Shown piece after piece: positions 14,311-27,230 of a stretch of 64,000 nucleotides of DNA. Under the pieces are notes generated by a model that worked only from the letters and a program-made list of their open reading frames with translations, did no database searches and was not told the DNA's origin. A program made the translations under genes and the position numbers. Source of the stretch: Puccinia triticina (lineage: Eukaryota); contig CP110439.1 in NCBI GenBank assembly GCA_026914245.1, positions 2,294,001 to 2,358,000 of the forward strand. Direction: 5' to 3'. Position 1 is the stretch's first letter; the number at the start of each line of letters is the position of its first letter.

Positions 14311-14506
14311 TAGTGGAGCAGAGAGAATGAATACAAATGATATTATCAATGAGTATGCTAAGAGAGGAAATACAAGGTATATATATATGTAGATACAAGG
14401 GTCAGACCATAGGAAGTGTAGTCAAGTCTTATGTAATAGTGTGTGAATACTATTACATAGTAGTATGGGGTAATCTACTTTGTTAGGATTACACTATGCT
14501 ACAACA
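14311..14506 (-). repeat. Copia 3' LTR
   Basis: Near-identical to 30195-30768 once the MITE is removed. On the minus strand it starts TGTTGTAG after the G-rich PPT (+ strand CCCCCCCACTC). Confidence 0.88.
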
Positions 14507-14563
14507 CCCCCCCACTCGACGGAGCTTCGCCTAACACTACTTTCAATTGTGCCGCGTGTAACG

Positions 14564-14996
14564 TAAGGATCGCCAAGTGAACCCAGGTACCCGCGGCGGG
14601 TGCGGGTACCGCCGCTGTTTTTTAGCAATTCTGGACACCCGCGGGTGCTTTTCGCGGGTACCGCGGATACTTGCAGGGAAGAAATGTGCCTTCTTGATGA
14701 CCAATGTGTGCCTGTCATCGAGAGGGAGGTGTGCCTTCTTGATGACCGGTGTGTGCCGGTCATCCAGGGGGTTGTGTAGCCCTCTCGATGACCAGCACCA
14801 ACCGGTCATTGAGGGCCTCAAGAGGTGCTGCGGCACCTTGATCCAAAATACAGTGGCGGGTGTTGACCACGGGTACCTGGGGTTTTTTTCGCCAAATTCC
14901 AACACCCGCACCCGCACCCGGCACCCGCGGCCGGGTACCCGCCGTAAGGCCGCGGGTGCTGGGTACCGCCAAACGGGTATCACTTGGCGATCCTTA
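14564..14996. mobile_element. hAT-type MITE with 8-bp TSD
   Basis: Perfect TIR TAAGGATCGCCAAGTGA; GTGTAACG at 14556-14563 and 14997-15004. The centre carries family-A hairpin repeats. Confidence 0.92.
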
Positions 14997-15004
14997 GTGT
15001 AACG

Positions 15005-17534
15005 TTGGAGCCAAGTTCTTAGTTAGGATGTTGGCGAATTGAGACTTGGTGTCCACCCAGTGCAGCCTTATCTGCTTTCTGTAGTACGCCTGATTACTGA
15101 TGTAGAAGTCTCTCTTGGTGTGCCATGTGCGTTTGTTAGACCCATCATTTGTCCCGATTTTGATGGTCGCTTGGTTATCACAGAAGACGTCCGCCACAAA
15201 TTTGTTGCCTGTCAGATCGCACAGAAGATGTCAAATACACAGTGCCTCCCGTACAACTATCCCCATTGCCATGTACTCAGCGTGTGCGGTAGAGCTGGCA
15301 AAACTTGCAAGCCGCTTAGACATCCACGCTACCGGGCAACCATGGCAGAAAATGATCATACCATGTGATGATCTCAAGAACTCACCCCCCCAATTCGCGT
15401 CCACATAGCATGACAGAACCGGTGATGTTTTGTCTGGCTTGATGTAGAGTGGCTGTTGACGCGTTGTACTGAGATAGGCGATCAAGTGCATCAAAAATTT
15501 CCAGTGTGCGTTGAGGGATTGGAGGAGAAACGCACTAAGAAGTTGACCGCAAAAGCAATATCAGGTCGTGTAGCGACTGCTAGATAATTCAACGATCCAA
15601 CAATACAAAAATAAGTGTTTGCATCCACACCAATTGGGTCACTGTTCGTTTCTGGGAGCGACTCATTTGGGAAAGGGGTTTTAGCCGTGGTGACACCGTC
15701 CCAACGTTCCCCAAGGACTTTATTCATGAGGCTGGGCTGCATCAGGATGAAATCAGAATTGTACCTCTGAATTGACAGCCCAACTATGTTGTCCAGGCCA
15801 GCCGCCCACTTAATCTTGATGGATCCCTCCAGCTTCTCTTGTAGCTCCATCAATTGTTCTTCACTCGGGGCAGTAATGATTCCGTCATCCACGTGAATCC
15901 AGATTGCGCCGCCTCTTGTCGCTCCCAATCGACAGCAGACACTAGTGTCATACTGTGAAGCTGTGTAACCAAGACTTGAAAGTAGAGAAGAAAAATGTTG
16001 CCACCAGCATCGTGCCGCCTGTCGCGTACCATACAATGCTTTGTTCAACTTGCACGCGAATCCTTTAGGAACCTCCAAACCTTTTGGAGCTTCGACCCAG
16101 ATCTCCTTGTCAATTGGCGAATTGAGATACGCTGCCACGAAGTTGAATGAGTGTACCGGCCAGTTGTTGGGGGCCGCAATCGTAAGAATGAGTCTCATTG
16201 AGATAAAGTTTGCTGTAGGCGCAAATGTACTGCCGTAATGTTTGCCTTCTACCTGTGAGTATCCTTTTGCCACATGCCGGGCTTTGTAACAAATGCATTC
16301 TGTCAGGTTGTGGTTCTGCTACTCTTAGCTTTATCATACCTGCTGGTGTCACTCATTCATGACCTGTCATTTACAGGTCTTACCCTCAATTAGGAATCTT
16401 CATGTGACACCAGTGGATGTTCTTTCACCCGTCTGCAGCCATTCATATCCAAGCGTCCTTAGTACAGTGGTTAGTACACTTGACATGGATATAAGAGACA
16501 TGGGTTCAACTCCCATAGGACACATAATATTTTATGGAGTTTCACACATTCCCCAGTGTTGTTGAATTTCTTGGTAAAGACCCACCTCGCTCCCAGAAAT
16601 TGTGTCTTATCTGGTAAAAACTTTACGTCCCACACACCCAGCTCCCTAAGATTTGCTAGCTCCTCCTTTATTGCTTTGATCCACTTGGCAGCATTTTTGT
16701 CCTTCAGAGCTTGATTATAAGTCCTTGGTACATTGCCATTGTTGGGTTCAGCAAGAATTGCGGCGATAAGAGCCTCTTGTTTGTCGACTTCAATTTCGTC
16801 CAAGAAGTCTCCAAGGGTAAAACTATTGACAATGCATTCAAAGCTCTCTGAGTCTTCGTAAACAGGAGTACTGGAGTTGACGTGTATGGGAAAGAGGTTC
16901 TTGTCATCTTTGTCCAAGAATCTGCAGATAGCAGAGTTGACAAAACGATCCTCAGAACACAAAAGCACCATCCTTTGCTCCCCAGTAAGCACCCTACTAA
17001 CCCGCCTTCTACCGCCCTGTCGTCCAATTTCTTGCGGTGCTCACTCATCATGTGTACAAAAGCCTTCGCCCCAAACGGTTTAAGCACATCGAACATGGGA
17101 CGCCTGGCAAAAAGTTTCTTGTAAGACGTCACATCTCCGGAAGCTTTGTTCAGTATTCTGTTGAGAACCATGCTTGCCCATTGAAACTCCAGACCCTAGA
17201 ACGGTTTTGGTAATCCACTGTTGAGAAGAAGAGTTTGTCCTGTTTCCTGGAGTGTCCGGTTAAACCGCTCAATCACACCGTTTTGATAATGATGATAGCT
17301 GATAGCACGTTCTGTCGTGATGCCTTTGGTGCGCAAGAAAGTAGCCAGGTTATTGCTAGTGAATTCTCCTCCGTTATCTGACCGCAGGATTTTGACCTGT
17401 AGATTGGTGGTTTGCTCTAGCCTTAAGATGGTTTCCATTACCAGCGTTGTAGCCTCATCCTTTGTCGCAATGACTTTAACCTCATTGTATCCTGTGCCAA
17501 TGTCGCGTAGCGTGAGTAGGTACCGTCCGCCATT
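15005..17534 (-). pseudogene. Copia pol remnant (integrase core, RT, RNase H), frameshifted
   Basis: LRSDNGGEF, QNGVIERFNRTL, KALYGTRQA, IHVDDG, YVDANWG and FCDNQATI motifs. Confidence 0.93.
16301..16546. mobile_element. Solo LTR inserted in the Copia RT
   Basis: TG..CA ends, with CATTC duplicated at 16296-16300 and 16547-16551. Removal restores GECICYKAR. Confidence 0.8.
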
Positions 17535-17947
17535 CACCACCCCCAAAAGGAAGGCAATGTGCACACATTGCCATGTTCAATACATTTTTAATACCAAGGC
17601 ATTTCACATGGCTAACCCAGTTATTACAGATTATTAACCTTGTTTTTCCAGAAGTTTTTTACAGAAGTTCAACCCTCTTACAAGAGCTTAATTTGGTTGT
17701 CACAGAAGTTGAAACCATGTAATAAAAAATCAAGAAGAAATTTTAACTGATTATTATGATGAAAATATTTTTTGGTGTGGTTTAAAACTCATGCCCTGGA
17801 GTACCCTGTCATTTGTTTAAAATCCTTGGAAAGTGCATTAGCCCCATATGTAGGAACCTATCTTCAGGGTTTATCATTCTGAAATCCCCATTTAGTTGTT
17901 GTATTTTATCCAAATGGAGGTACCATAAAAGATTTGATAACACACTT

Positions 17948-17978
<31 letters not shown>

Positions 17979-18433
17979 AGTGAGATCCTTTGGGTGGAGG
18001 TTGCAGCGCTGTAACCCCTACCTGATCCCAGCAGGTATTACCCTGTCCGGTCCGGGAGGGTCCAGGAGGTTATGGGGTGCCGGACGCCTTGGGTACACTT
18101 CTGGGCGCGCTGTAACCCTGGGACATGTACCAGGGCTTCACAGGTATATCATGTCCATTCCCGCTGGGTTCGGGTCACAGGACAACCCTAAAATGGCCGG
18201 GTACCCCGCGAGTTCTAGCCTAGGTCTAGGTGCACCTCTATGCTAAAAGCGACTTTGGACAATCGTCCAAATTCACTCGGCCTTGATTTGGCCTCGCTGA
18301 TGAAGTGCAAACTCCATTTTGATTCAAAAAGAGGTATGAACTCCATTTGGACCTCCATCAAATGGAGGTTGTACCCCCATCAGATAGAGGTTGTACCTGC
18401 ATCAAATGGAGGTTGTACACCCATTGGTTGGAA

Positions 18434-20920
18434 CACCAGGGGGGAAAGTTTGGCACTCTCTGGAGAGTGCCAGGCCGTAATTCTGTCAGTCAAATGGTCT
18501 GATGTGAGTTAGATGTGATTCACAACTCTTTGTTCAATTTTCTTCCCAACAGATGTGTAACTGTAGCTGAAGTGGTTGCGGGATGATCTGTAACTCAATT
18601 CCAACACATGGAAATATCTTAGTTGAAATTTTCTGTTTGGTTCATATCAAACAAAATCCAGGATGTGAGCTTCAATTCACAACATGTTTTGCCAAGAATG
18701 TAACTATCCTGATGCTCAAAGATATCCTTGACCAAGTGAGAAGGAAGATTTTTCAGGGCTGATTTTTTTCAATCAAAACCCACATAAAATCACATAATGA
18801 AAGATAGCTGTAAATTATAGCAACCACAAAGACTTAGCTAACTGGTAGATTAATCCTTGTGGGATATTTCTGCCATGCCTGTTCCCTTCATCAATTGAGA
18901 GGAAAGTTATGTAAAATTAAATTTCTCTTTTTTGAGTATCACACAGTGTCAAAGCTGGGAAAACCTCTGTAACCTTTCTTCCCTCCCTGTATTATGAAAT
19001 GTGAACAATCAAAGAGGCCTTTTCACCAACCATGTTTACCAAGTGATGGTCCACTTATGCAGGCTAAAGTTTGCCATGCGGTCAGCTGTTCATTTGGGTC
19101 CATGCAAATTTTGTATGTGAATACACATTGCACAATTTTCCTTCACTTGACCTCCATCTGACTGAAAAATGCAGCAGCTAGGGGTTAAAATTATTAAGCT
19201 TCACAGAGGGAAGGGGGCAGATTGGTGGATATCAATAGATGCATCAATATTTTGATGATCCTGGAACCAGCAGGAGAAAGATTTTAATAGCTGGTCTGAA
19301 ATCTGAGGTGAAAAGTCAACTCTGAAATGTCCACACACATCTCAGCATGCAGGGTCATACCATTTGTCTTGTAGATTGATCATCTTCACACCTTTTGCCT
19401 GACTGTTTTGGGCGATTTTTTCCTCCAGGTAGCATACCTTCATCACACCTACCATTATGTCCGTGGCCATTGTGCAACAAAATGGGGTTGATTGCTCTTA
19501 TCACATGGTAATTATTAGCACCAGGTGTAAGATAAGAATGATGCTCTTTTGACCTGCTGTATCCAGAACAATCAAAATCATCATCATTTTGTAGTGGAAA
19601 AAATGGTGTTCATATGTGTTGCAAATCACCAAAAAAGCTTGTGTTCCAGGAGTTTCAATCTGGGCACAAGTCAACTACGGTGGCTGCGGGGCAACAGGGA
19701 TCAGCTCTGTATCCCCGGGTGTCCCCGGGGAGCGTGTTTTTTTTTGTCGCCATGTCCACCTTCATGTTCGGCCAAACATCAGGGTGGACATTGGCGAGTT
19801 GCTTGTTTAAACGGGCTCGATGACCTTTGTTTTCTGGTCATTGAGCTGGGAAAGCCCCAACTCAATGAACAGTATACTAAATACTGTTCATTCAGCTTGG
19901 CTTTTCCGAGGTTGGTGGACAGTACAGACTGCTCACCAAGCTCAGACAGGCCCAGAACAATGACCAATAGGTGCTGGTCATCGGACCAGGGCTTCTCCGA
20001 CTGGATGGCCAACACAAACTGGCCATCGAGTTCAGAGAGGTCGCGCTTGACAGGCATCATGCCCTGGTCATTGATCTGCAGCCTCTCCGAGCTCAAATCC
20101 GATGACCAGTAGATACTGGTCATCCAGCGAGAAGCCCTGGCCCAATGACCAGCAAATGCTGGTCATCTAGTCAGCCTTTCCGAGTGCGGTAGGCAGCCTA
20201 CACTGGCCACTCAGCTTGGAAAAGTGCAGCAGGATGGACAGTACATACTGTCCATCAAGCCTGGACTTTCCCCGCGCTGAGTACAGTACATACAGTCCTT
20301 AAAGCTGGGAAAGGCCCGGCTCAATGACCAACATGCAGTACTGGTCACTGCTCTGGGATTTTCCCAGCCTAGTGAACTGTGATCAAGTGGAGGGTGTCTC
20401 CACTCAATGGCCAGTAGAACCAGTCACCGAGTATAGAACCCCCCCACTCAACAGCCAGTATACACACCAGTCCTCGAGTGGAGAATTCCTCCACTCAATG
20501 ACATTAAAAACCAGTCATCGAGTGGAGGATGTCTCCACTTGGTGGCTGGTAATTTAGATATGGTCATTGAGTGGACACAACCTCCAATCAATGGTTGTCC
20601 AACAGTCATCAAGTGGAGGGAATCTCCACTCAATGACTTTACAACCCATTCATTGAGTGGAGGAGGTCTCAAATTGATTCCTGAAACACACCACTAAGTG
20701 TAGAATACCAGGGTGTACCAGGCATCAAGTGGGGGTACCCTCAACTCAATTACCAACATGTTCACCATGGAGTGGATCAAAGGTCAGCCTGAGTTGAACA
20801 TAAGGTCAACATATTTGAAGCCTAAATCCCACATGCTCACACATTTGACATCAGACAGTCTTCCCAAAGGAACATACAGTCTGGCACTCTCCAGGGAGTG
20901 CCACACTTTCCCTCCTGGTG
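18434..20920. mobile_element. CACCAGG-ended TIR element with 3-bp TSD
   Basis: CACCAGGGGGGAAAGTTTGGCACTCTCTGGAGAGTGCCAG is mirrored at 20881-20920; TSD GAA. Hairpin arrays lie inside at ~19800-20670. Confidence 0.85.
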
Positions 20921-20952
20921 GAAGTACAACCTCTGTTCATTGGATGTTGCAC

Positions 20953-22206
20953 TCACATTCAAGTTTTTACTACGCGCACGCCATAAAGGGCGTAGACAAG
21001 TGTGTACGCCATCATGTTTGGCGGGCAGGGACACGTACGCCAAGAAACCCGGTCCTCAGTCCCGTACGCCTGCATAATTGGTGTACGGGACTGGGGACAC
21101 CAATTCCCCAAACTTCAGCTCGCCGAGAGGAATACATACCTCTTGGCGAGATGGACTTCGACCAGCTCGCCAAGAGGAATACATACCTTTTGGAGAGATG
21201 GAATTTGACCGGCTCGCCAAGAGGAATACAAAACGCTCAGCAAGATGGATTTGTACCATCTTGCCAAGAAGAATACATTGCTCTTGGCAAGCTGGGCTTT
21301 GGCCAGCTCGCCGGGAAGAATACGCTGTGGAACTCCTACCGTGCCAGGCGGTAGGCAGTGCTTGGAAGGGAAAGTGGTGATGAGCCTGCCTTCCTGTGAG
21401 GTCCTAGGATGAATGAGATCTGAGAAAACCAGAGAAAAGGGGGTTGAACAACAAGGTCAGTGAGACTTGTTGGCAGGTTTGGGGGTTGAGGATCTGGAAA
21501 AGGATGCTGATGAGGATCTTGAGGGTTGATAAGGATCTGATGAGGTGATGAGGATAAGGATCTGAGAATCTTGATGGTGTATTTCGTGGATCAGAAGACT
21601 GCCATGCCTCCCCCTCATCTGAGTTTGAACTTTGAACTCAGACTCCAGGAAGTGAACATGTCACAGACATGTTCATCACATCCCTAACTACAAACAAGCT
21701 CTGCACAACACAAACAAAACAAAACACACACAAAGAAAAGATCAACCACATACATAGAAAAATGAGGAGAGTAACATAAGATGATGGGTGCAATGGATCA
21801 AAAAGAACAGAGAGAAAAATCAACAACAATAATCAATATCAATCATAATATCTTGAATCTTGAGCTTGAAATTTGAGATGGATAATCTTGAGGGCTTGAT
21901 CTTGATAACTGGTCACTTGAATCTTGAGTCTTCATCTGGATCTTGAACCATGGACCGTCTGTACCATTTTGCTCACCACAACGCTTGGCGAGCTGGTTTA
22001 CAAATTCACCTCGCCGGGAGGTATGTATTCCTCCCAGAGAACTGGTACAAATTCATCTCACATAGAGATATATATTTCTCTTGGCGCGCTGGAATTTTAC
22101 CAGCTTGCCGGGGTGTCTTGGCGTATTTTTCCCTGCACGCCGAAACCCAATGGCATACACACCTGTGTACGGCTTTTTGGCGTGCACATAGGAAAAATTT
22201 GGTGTG
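20953..22206. mobile_element. Degenerate element with ~100-bp inverted ends and internal CCAGCTCGCCAAGAGG arrays
   Basis: ~20953-21055 is an imperfect reverse complement of ~22108-22206. No clear TSD. Confidence 0.6.
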
Positions 22207-23876
22207 CATTTAGCATGACCCAAAAGACAAAAGAAAAGAGAAAAAGAGAGTTAGAACTCTATTCCAACTTCCCTTCCAAGAGGGGGATTGTATTTCTGAA
22301 TCACAAGAAGCTGCAAGACCCACATTCAAAATTTTAGATGGGCCAAGGTGGTGTAAGCAACCTCCTGGGAGCCGGAATCCTAATTCAAGTGAGTTTTTAA
22401 TTTAAGTCCATAAATAATTACATATCCAAGTTTATTAAAGACACAGATTTACCAGAATTTTCAAAAAAAAATTCAAGTGTTTTGCCTCTTATTTTCCAAA
22501 ATAAAAATAAAAGGGTATGCTCAAATGCCAGAACAACTGTCATAGTCCACAATTTAATTATTTCAACAAAAATAAATATTTCGTAATCGTAATAGCCTTC
22601 CAACATCAGCAGAAGTGCTGTGCCACAGGCTCAGCCCCCAGCCCGCGTCAAGCGCACGGGTCAAAAGGACTGGACATGAAGGCCCCCGGCCCGCAGCAAA
22701 GCTTGCAAACCAGTGGGGGGCCAACTCTTCACCCCTCAAACTGCGCACATGCAACAGCGGAAGGGTTGAGGGAGAAGGATAGCCTCAAATTCAGCATCAC
22801 CAAACTCCCTGGGGAACAACCGACGAGCGGCCGCTTCTATTTATCTATCCGACACCCGAATCGCCTAATCGCCCGCTGAACCCTTCCTCCTTCATACTGT
22901 ACCCGAAACAACCACATCCAACCTGAAACTGCCGCCATGACATCCCCAACCTAACCCGGTAACCACGCATGCTTGTACGCACTCGCTCAACCGACCAAAC
23001 ACCTAGCCCCGTCACACCCACAACAAGATATTCGCTTCCAGCAAGCCCGTTGCCAAGGGTTTGCAGAACCGCAATATCGACTTTTGTACGTAATCTGACC
23101 AACCAAGGCCAAGCCACTCATACGGTGACCTTGGCCAAGCCAGGGATCATGTAACCTAGACATTCAAGTCGCGCCCAGCTAATTGCCTTGCCTACTCCAC
23201 TTCAATCGCAGACGCCTTGGCCCATTTTACGCCCGACCGCATTGCGCCCAGCCAGCCCCGCAAGATCAGACCCAGTCCTAACCATCAATCCCACCCGCCA
23301 CTTGTGACACCTTTAGACCGTTGGGTCATGAGTCCCTGATGGCTCTTTTTTGCCTTTGGTCTGTTGGTTATGACATGGTTATTTTTGGCGGAGGCCCCGT
23401 GTGTTTTTAATTGCCGTTTTTTGGTGTGTGGCGGGTCTGTTGGCTTTGTGACATGTTCCTCATCTGTGAATGGTGGCGGGGATCGGTGTGATATTAATAT
23501 TTTCATAGTTAGCAAGCGCAAAGTACTCGTTAAGATAGCCTACTGTAATTATTGAAACATCTGACTAGCTCAAGGTTTGCCTAATGTAAACTCTCTGGAA
23601 CTGTAGAAGGAGGAGACATAAGTATTCTGGATATAGCGAGGGACGGCTGTGGTGTAGCTGGTTATGCTTGTGTCATATAATGCATGCGTGAGCTGATTTG
23701 GAGTTGGCTTGTTATTTCAATTGAGTTTCAGGCTTGAGCTAAACCCCAGAGCCTAAGCCCCGAGCCCATCTGCAGAAAACAGCTCAAATAGTTTGGATGG
23801 TGGAGGCCTGAGCCTGCAGCGGGGTCTGGGTGTGGCGCACTCTTTGGGTGTAGAGTTACTGGGACCTGATCGTGCA

Positions 23877-23901
23877 GCGGCGAAGCCGCCTTGGCCTCTA
23901 G
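23877..23901 (+). mobile_element. Candidate Helitron 3' terminus
   Basis: Hairpin GCGGC-GAA-GCCGC, then 8 nt, then CTAG followed by T. Confidence 0.55.
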
Positions 23902-24109
23902 TCTTATTAGAAACTGCACACCTTTGGGATTATTCAAGGTAGAAGGTAGAAAAAAGCATATTTGATCTTTTTAGGTTTGAAGTTGAGAATATATAAGAAA
24001 AATATACAACAAAAGTTTCAGAAGGATTTGCTCTGTTTACAAATGTTGTTATATATATATTTCAGCATGGCAATGCGCACTCATTGCCTCCTTTTTTTGG
24101 GTGGTGATT

Positions 24110-24350
24110 GAATGTAGGAATCTCAAAGGGGCCAACCAAGTCCACTTTCAAAGCTTCCAATCGGCCAAAAACCCGATTCTCCTGTTTCAAAGTGGGAACC
24201 TCTTTGCTTTTGGCTATCCAGCACGATGAACAGTAAATCTGGCCTGCGGGTAACGTCGCAGGGAGGCTTTCTCCCACACGGCAAGCTATCATACGTTTCA
24301 ATTTTGTAGGACTCGTGTGGGACACTAAATATAATTTGGTGAAATATCCG
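24110..24350 (-). pseudogene. Copia GAG-pre-integrase and start of the integrase
   Basis: SHTS..CSSCWIAKS..VDLVGPF, which joins 17534 across the CACCA insertion. Confidence 0.85.
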
Positions 24351-24899
24351 CTGAGGGGGAAATAAATTGCTTAATAGGTTGAAAGGCTATTACAACTTAC
24401 GGGTGGTTTGAAAGACCTGCCCCTCTAATAATACTATGCAAATATCTAAGAGTCTTGTAATCAATATTTATAAAGATATGGCTGATTCCAAGATAGATCT
24501 TACTTTCATATAGTAATCTCTATCAGACCTAGATCACTTGATTCAACAGGCTAGCAAATCTGTTATAACTTCTTTGCTTGCAGGCAATATACTTACTTTG
24601 TTATACTCGTACTACACGTTACTAATATGCTGTTTAATGCAAACTTGTTGTTGTGTTATGCTTGGTTCTACTACTGCCAAAACACTAATACTCCTGCTAA
24701 ACTTCTACACTAATTGTACTAACCACTAATACCACTAATAACCGCACTGCTGACTAAACTACCCTATGTGACCAAACCTCTGTAGGCTGATGATAAATAA
24801 ACTAACCAACCACTTGTGACCAAACCTCTGTAGGCTGATGGGGAAACATCTGATGAGGGGAGAAAGGGCCTCCTTATATATTGAAGGGTGAGGGATTTT

Positions 24900-25360
24900 T
24901 GCTCCAGGGAAGCTCCTCATGAGGGATTATTGCTGCAGGGGATCTCAACTACACAGCCTCTCATGCATGTACTGCGCTGCATGTACAAACAACAAGGGGT
25001 TTATGCTGCAGGAGACACTCAACTACACAGCATCTACATGCGTGTGCTGCACTGCCTTACAAACAATGAGGGATTTATGCTGCAGGAGACACCTCCTGTA
25101 CATCTTATCTACCTGCATATGATGTGCTTTGTGTACAAACAATGAGGGATTTATACTGCAGGAGACACTTCCTGTACAGCTTATCTGCCTGCATATGCTG
25201 TGCTACATGTACAAACAATGAGGGATTTATGCTGCAGGAGACACTTCCTGTACAGCTTATCTACCTGCATATGCTGTACTATGCGTAAAAACAATGAGGG
25301 ATATATACTGCATGAGGCGCTTGAGCTACACAGCACTTTCATGCATGTACTGCGCTGCAT
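24900..25360. repeat. ~76-bp tandem repeat
   Basis: ACAAACAATGAGGGATTTATGCTGCAGGAGACAC recurs at ~25060, 25135, 25211 and, degenerate, ~25289. Confidence 0.8.
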
Positions 25361-25539
25361 GATTTCATGTGTTGCTATGCAACCAAGCCATCTTCCATCC
25401 TCTTCCACACACTCTGCATCCATTGTCTAACCTGTTCCATTCCCAATGTTGGGGGTCAAGGCCTCTCCTCCCATCTTGTTCCTTCTTCCCTTCTTCCCCT
25501 GCACTGTATTACACACTCTCTCCACTATAATACCTTTGA

Positions 25540-26413
25540 AATGGGCTTTTGGCATTGTCACACATATGGAACACCACAACGTTTGGAGGCTTACGTGCCC
25601 AAACTTTTTATGGAGAAATAGCGGGTACTTCTCCATGGCGGTAAAGCTTGGCGCCTGCCACTTAGAGGCTCTTGACTCAGGCACAGGCACAAGAAAAGAT
25701 TCTTGATTAAAATTGTCATCCATGGCAAAATAAGAAGGTGATGCGGAAGGAGTAAGAGAATCAACGCTAGGTGGGACAAGGGTACAATTAGGGATGATGG
25801 GACTGGACGGATGAAAGAATTGTGCCGAGGGAAATGACTGTGAGATCTGGCTATTCAGTGAAAGAGTGGGAACACAAAAGGAAGGATTCCGGATTGGGGA
25901 AGGAAGGCGCCACTTGCGTGCTGAAGGATCAAGGCAGGAACGAGCCCATACAACGCTATTAAGAGAAATGAGAAAGCTATCGCTGCTAGTATCAAAGCTA
26001 AAGTGGAAACCTTGAATGCAAAGGGCTGCAGGGGAAATGAGAGTCACATTGGCAAAAGAGCAGTAAAGGACGTCCTTAAGGACCACCTTCATTCCACTGG
26101 GACCAGTAAAATGCAGGTGTCCTTGAGCTGAGATAAATTTCACATTTCTGTCAGTTGCGACTCTAAGCGGGATGGGCTTAGAAAGGGCAGTGAGGTCAAA
26201 CAAGGCTGACTTATCACCAGTCAAGTGGTGCAAAGCACCCGTATCAAACAATGTCTCCTGGGGATTGATATCCCCAGCAGACCTCCCCAAGAACTCAAGG
26301 TTGTTAAAGGAAGGTTGGCTGGGATCGTACCCAAAGTCGGCCATCCGGGCGGAAGAGTTGTGAGGGGGTTGCTGTTGACGTTGTTGCTGGTTTTAAAGAG
26401 GGCGGTAAGAGTC
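25540..26413 (-). pseudogene. Copia protease and truncated pre-integrase region
   Basis: LFDTGALHHLTG, LKDVLY..TLIS and LHKKFGHVS motifs. Confidence 0.85.
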
Positions 26414-26418
26414 CTGTG

Positions 26419-27225
26419 TGTGAGATTATGGTCTCAGGTGACCGGCATTCTTCTCATAAATTAAGAAGAATGCCGCGAGCCAAAACAGCCGCGGAAGATG
26501 GTAAGCAAAGCAAACCCTTCCGCAGTCCAAGCACAGAGCAGCTGATGTTGGAAAAACTCTGTTTACAACTCTGGTGCTTACAGGTCCAACGGAAGCAAGC
26601 AGCAAGACTTGGCTTGAGGAAAATCCCAACCAAAAGTCATTATCTGAAAGCATAACCACAAGCGCCAAAGGTAAGCTGTGGGATCAATACTGGAAGATAA
26701 AGATAAGGCAGGAGCTGATGCACTGCCCATTTTCTGCTAGACAAAGTCGACGCAAAAGAAATCAAAACCACCGATTCGTCTCAAAGAGAAGGAGAAACAA
26801 TCGGTGAGTTACTGAGCTACAAAGCTAAAGCAAAAGAAAAAAAAAAAGACTGATAAGCGAGCACGGCTGCAAAAACAGATAACGTTGCAAGTTTACTACG
26901 TCGTTTCTCCAAAGCTTGTAAAAGCAGGATAGCGTTCAGCTGCGGTTCTTTACGTGTAAGAACCAAACTTGGACTGCACTGTAGGACAGGGCAAGAAAAC
27001 TGATGACAAGTAATCTTGTGTTGGGGAACAGACCAAACGGTTTCACAGAGCTTCATCTCTGTTCTTTTTTTCCTTTCAAGTTTAATCAGTAGAGAGCGGC
27101 CAATCTCCTGCTCTTAGGTAAAAACATCTCTTACCCTTAATTCTCTAGACAAAACAATTTGTATATAAATCATAAGTCTAGATTATCTAACAAGAAATAA
27201 ACTCTTAGATCTTTGTCTTTTTTCA
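26419..27225. mobile_element. Solo LTR (807 bp) between the Copia gag and protease
   Basis: TG..CA ends, with CTGTG duplicated at 26414-26418 and 27226-27230. Removal restores PRPQDSYRP. Confidence 0.78.
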
Positions 27226-27230
27226 CTGTG

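Larger units (their letters stand above)
17535..24106. mobile_element. CACCA-ended non-autonomous TIR element (CACTA/CMC-like) inserted in the Copia integrase
   Basis: ~40-bp TIR CACCACCC..GGCAATG..CATTGCCATG; TSD ATT (17532-17534, 24107-24109). Removal restores EIPTF-N-GGRYLL. Confidence 0.88.

Noticed and set aside
17990..18240. Possible MITE after the (AT)n tract
   Set aside because: The inverted ends are weak and I found no convincing TSD.
20713..21354. 213-aa ORF
   Set aside because: It crosses TE boundaries and a minisatellite, and has no recognisable motif.
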